Notes under the pieces: model-generated | Told to the model about the DNA's origin: nothing | The model's database searches: none | Seen by the model: the letters and a program-made list of their open reading frames with translations, nothing else | Program-made: the position numbers and the translations under genes | Shown: positions 62,701 through 64,000 of the stretch, one piece after another | Numbering within the stretch: position 1 is the first letter of the stretch | Layout of the letters: every line of letters begins with the position of its first letter | Assembly (NCBI GenBank): GCA_016748015.1 | Contig: JAAOMT010000047.1 | Coordinates: 64,977 to 128,976, forward strand | Reading direction: 5' to 3' | Length of the DNA stretch: 64,000 bases | From: Geosiphon pyriformis uo1 | Lineage: Eukaryota; Fungi; Glomeromycota

Positions 62701-64000
62701 ATTGACATTGGCAACTTGAAATCCAGAGTAGTTTAGATGTTGGAGGGACTCATTCTTCCAATTATGTAATAAAACTAGGCGTTGTGATATTATATTAGAT
62801 ATTTTTGGGTACAATTACGCAAAATAATAAAGAAAGATTATGTCTCAAAACTTGTAGAATGATAGAATCGAGGTCATATTCTATTAGCAAGTTATCGGGG
62901 TTCAAGAATTACACAAGAAAATCTCCAATAATTTTCTCAACCCTGTATTTTTCGAGATTGGTAAAATTTTAAAATGGTTATGAAAAATTTTTGTTATATT
63001 TAAAAGGATCAATTGAGTAAAAAAAATTCAAGAAATTCGATTTGAATACAAAAATGAAAAGATACAATTTTAATTAGAAAAGAGTGTTTTTATACAAATT
63101 ATTGATTTCAAAATTGAAAAAAAAGCCAACACATATTCCAAAAATATTATTTCTAAATTCCCAATTGAAAACGTGCTTTCAAAAAAATATTTTTATTGAA
63201 TAATGAATATATTTATTTTGCACCACACAATATACAAATATATGTCTTATGATAGGCGCAACTCATGCTTTTCTACACGTGATCACGCGAGCCAATTAAG
63301 GCGATCCCAGCCACTCGTTCTCCCGCCCAATTAACGAAGATACATGTGAAACAGTTTAAACATATTACATAGACCAAAAAACTCGGAAGCCTTAAACTAA
63401 ACGCACATTCATTTGACAGAGATGCAGCTCTCAGAACCGTGGCAAGGACACAATCCTCGGGAATCCTCATTCCCTAAATTTATTAGATCATTCTTCTCGT
63501 AATCAACCCTTTATCTGGACTAGGTAGCCAAATCCTTTCCCTGTGAGCTATGAGGATTGCGAATATTTCTGCAAGCTTCAAATTTTTTATTTCAATAAAT
63601 TTTTTCTACTTATTTAATTTTCATTTCACTTTAAAGGCTAATATAAATTTTGGGCTCAAAAAGTTTTCTTAAATTATATTTAAGGAGATTAACGAAATTA
63701 TCATTTGAAAAGGTGACATAGCTTCTTTTGAAAATGTATAGTAAAAAATGGTTAAAATTTAAATATTAGGCATAAATATTTTTAAATAAAATCTTTTCAA
63801 GTAAAATTTGAATCTATCTTTACAACTTTCAATCACTATTTTTGATTAAGCCTTGTTATGAAATAGGTGAATACTTGTTAGCATTCAGCCTTATATTAAA
63901 CTGAATTAAAAAAAGAAAATTTTATTTAAATATATTTTCTCGAAAATATTCATCAAAAACTTGAATAATCATTTCCAAAAGGTTTATATCCATACATTTT

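Overview
This is a very AT-rich, intron-containing eukaryotic window. Its gene families (Crinkler-like kinase, BTB-BACK, Sel1 and TKL-kinase relics, Tc1/pogo/Gypsy remnants) point to an arbuscular mycorrhizal (Glomeromycotina-like) fungus; this taxon call is an inference. Positions 1-26 kb are mostly decayed genes and transposons. This region also contains a ~100-nt 28S rRNA fragment between two minisatellites and a C->T/G->A-hypermutated Ty3/Gypsy element. Positions 28-44 kb are a long microsatellite-rich interval, with no transposon I could recognise, around one intact 3-exon RhoGEF gene. Positions 48-60 kb hold a compact cluster of membrane or secreted protein genes. The main signal is six intact, deeply diverged 4-exon class-3 lipase (Rhizomucor-lipase fold) paralogs. 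All six have Gly in place of the catalytic Ser (GHGxG/AHGxG instead of GHSxG) and share further family-specific changes (V[D/N]xx[F/W], CxC, HxGPYF). They look like a selected family of surface or secreted pseudo-lipases, which is notable if the host is indeed a lipid-auxotrophic fungus. Next to four of them lies an 8-exon adhesin-like protein gene with an N-terminal TM helix and a GPI-like C-terminus. All exon models and translations were done by hand from GT..AG sites and frame continuity; no database searches were run.
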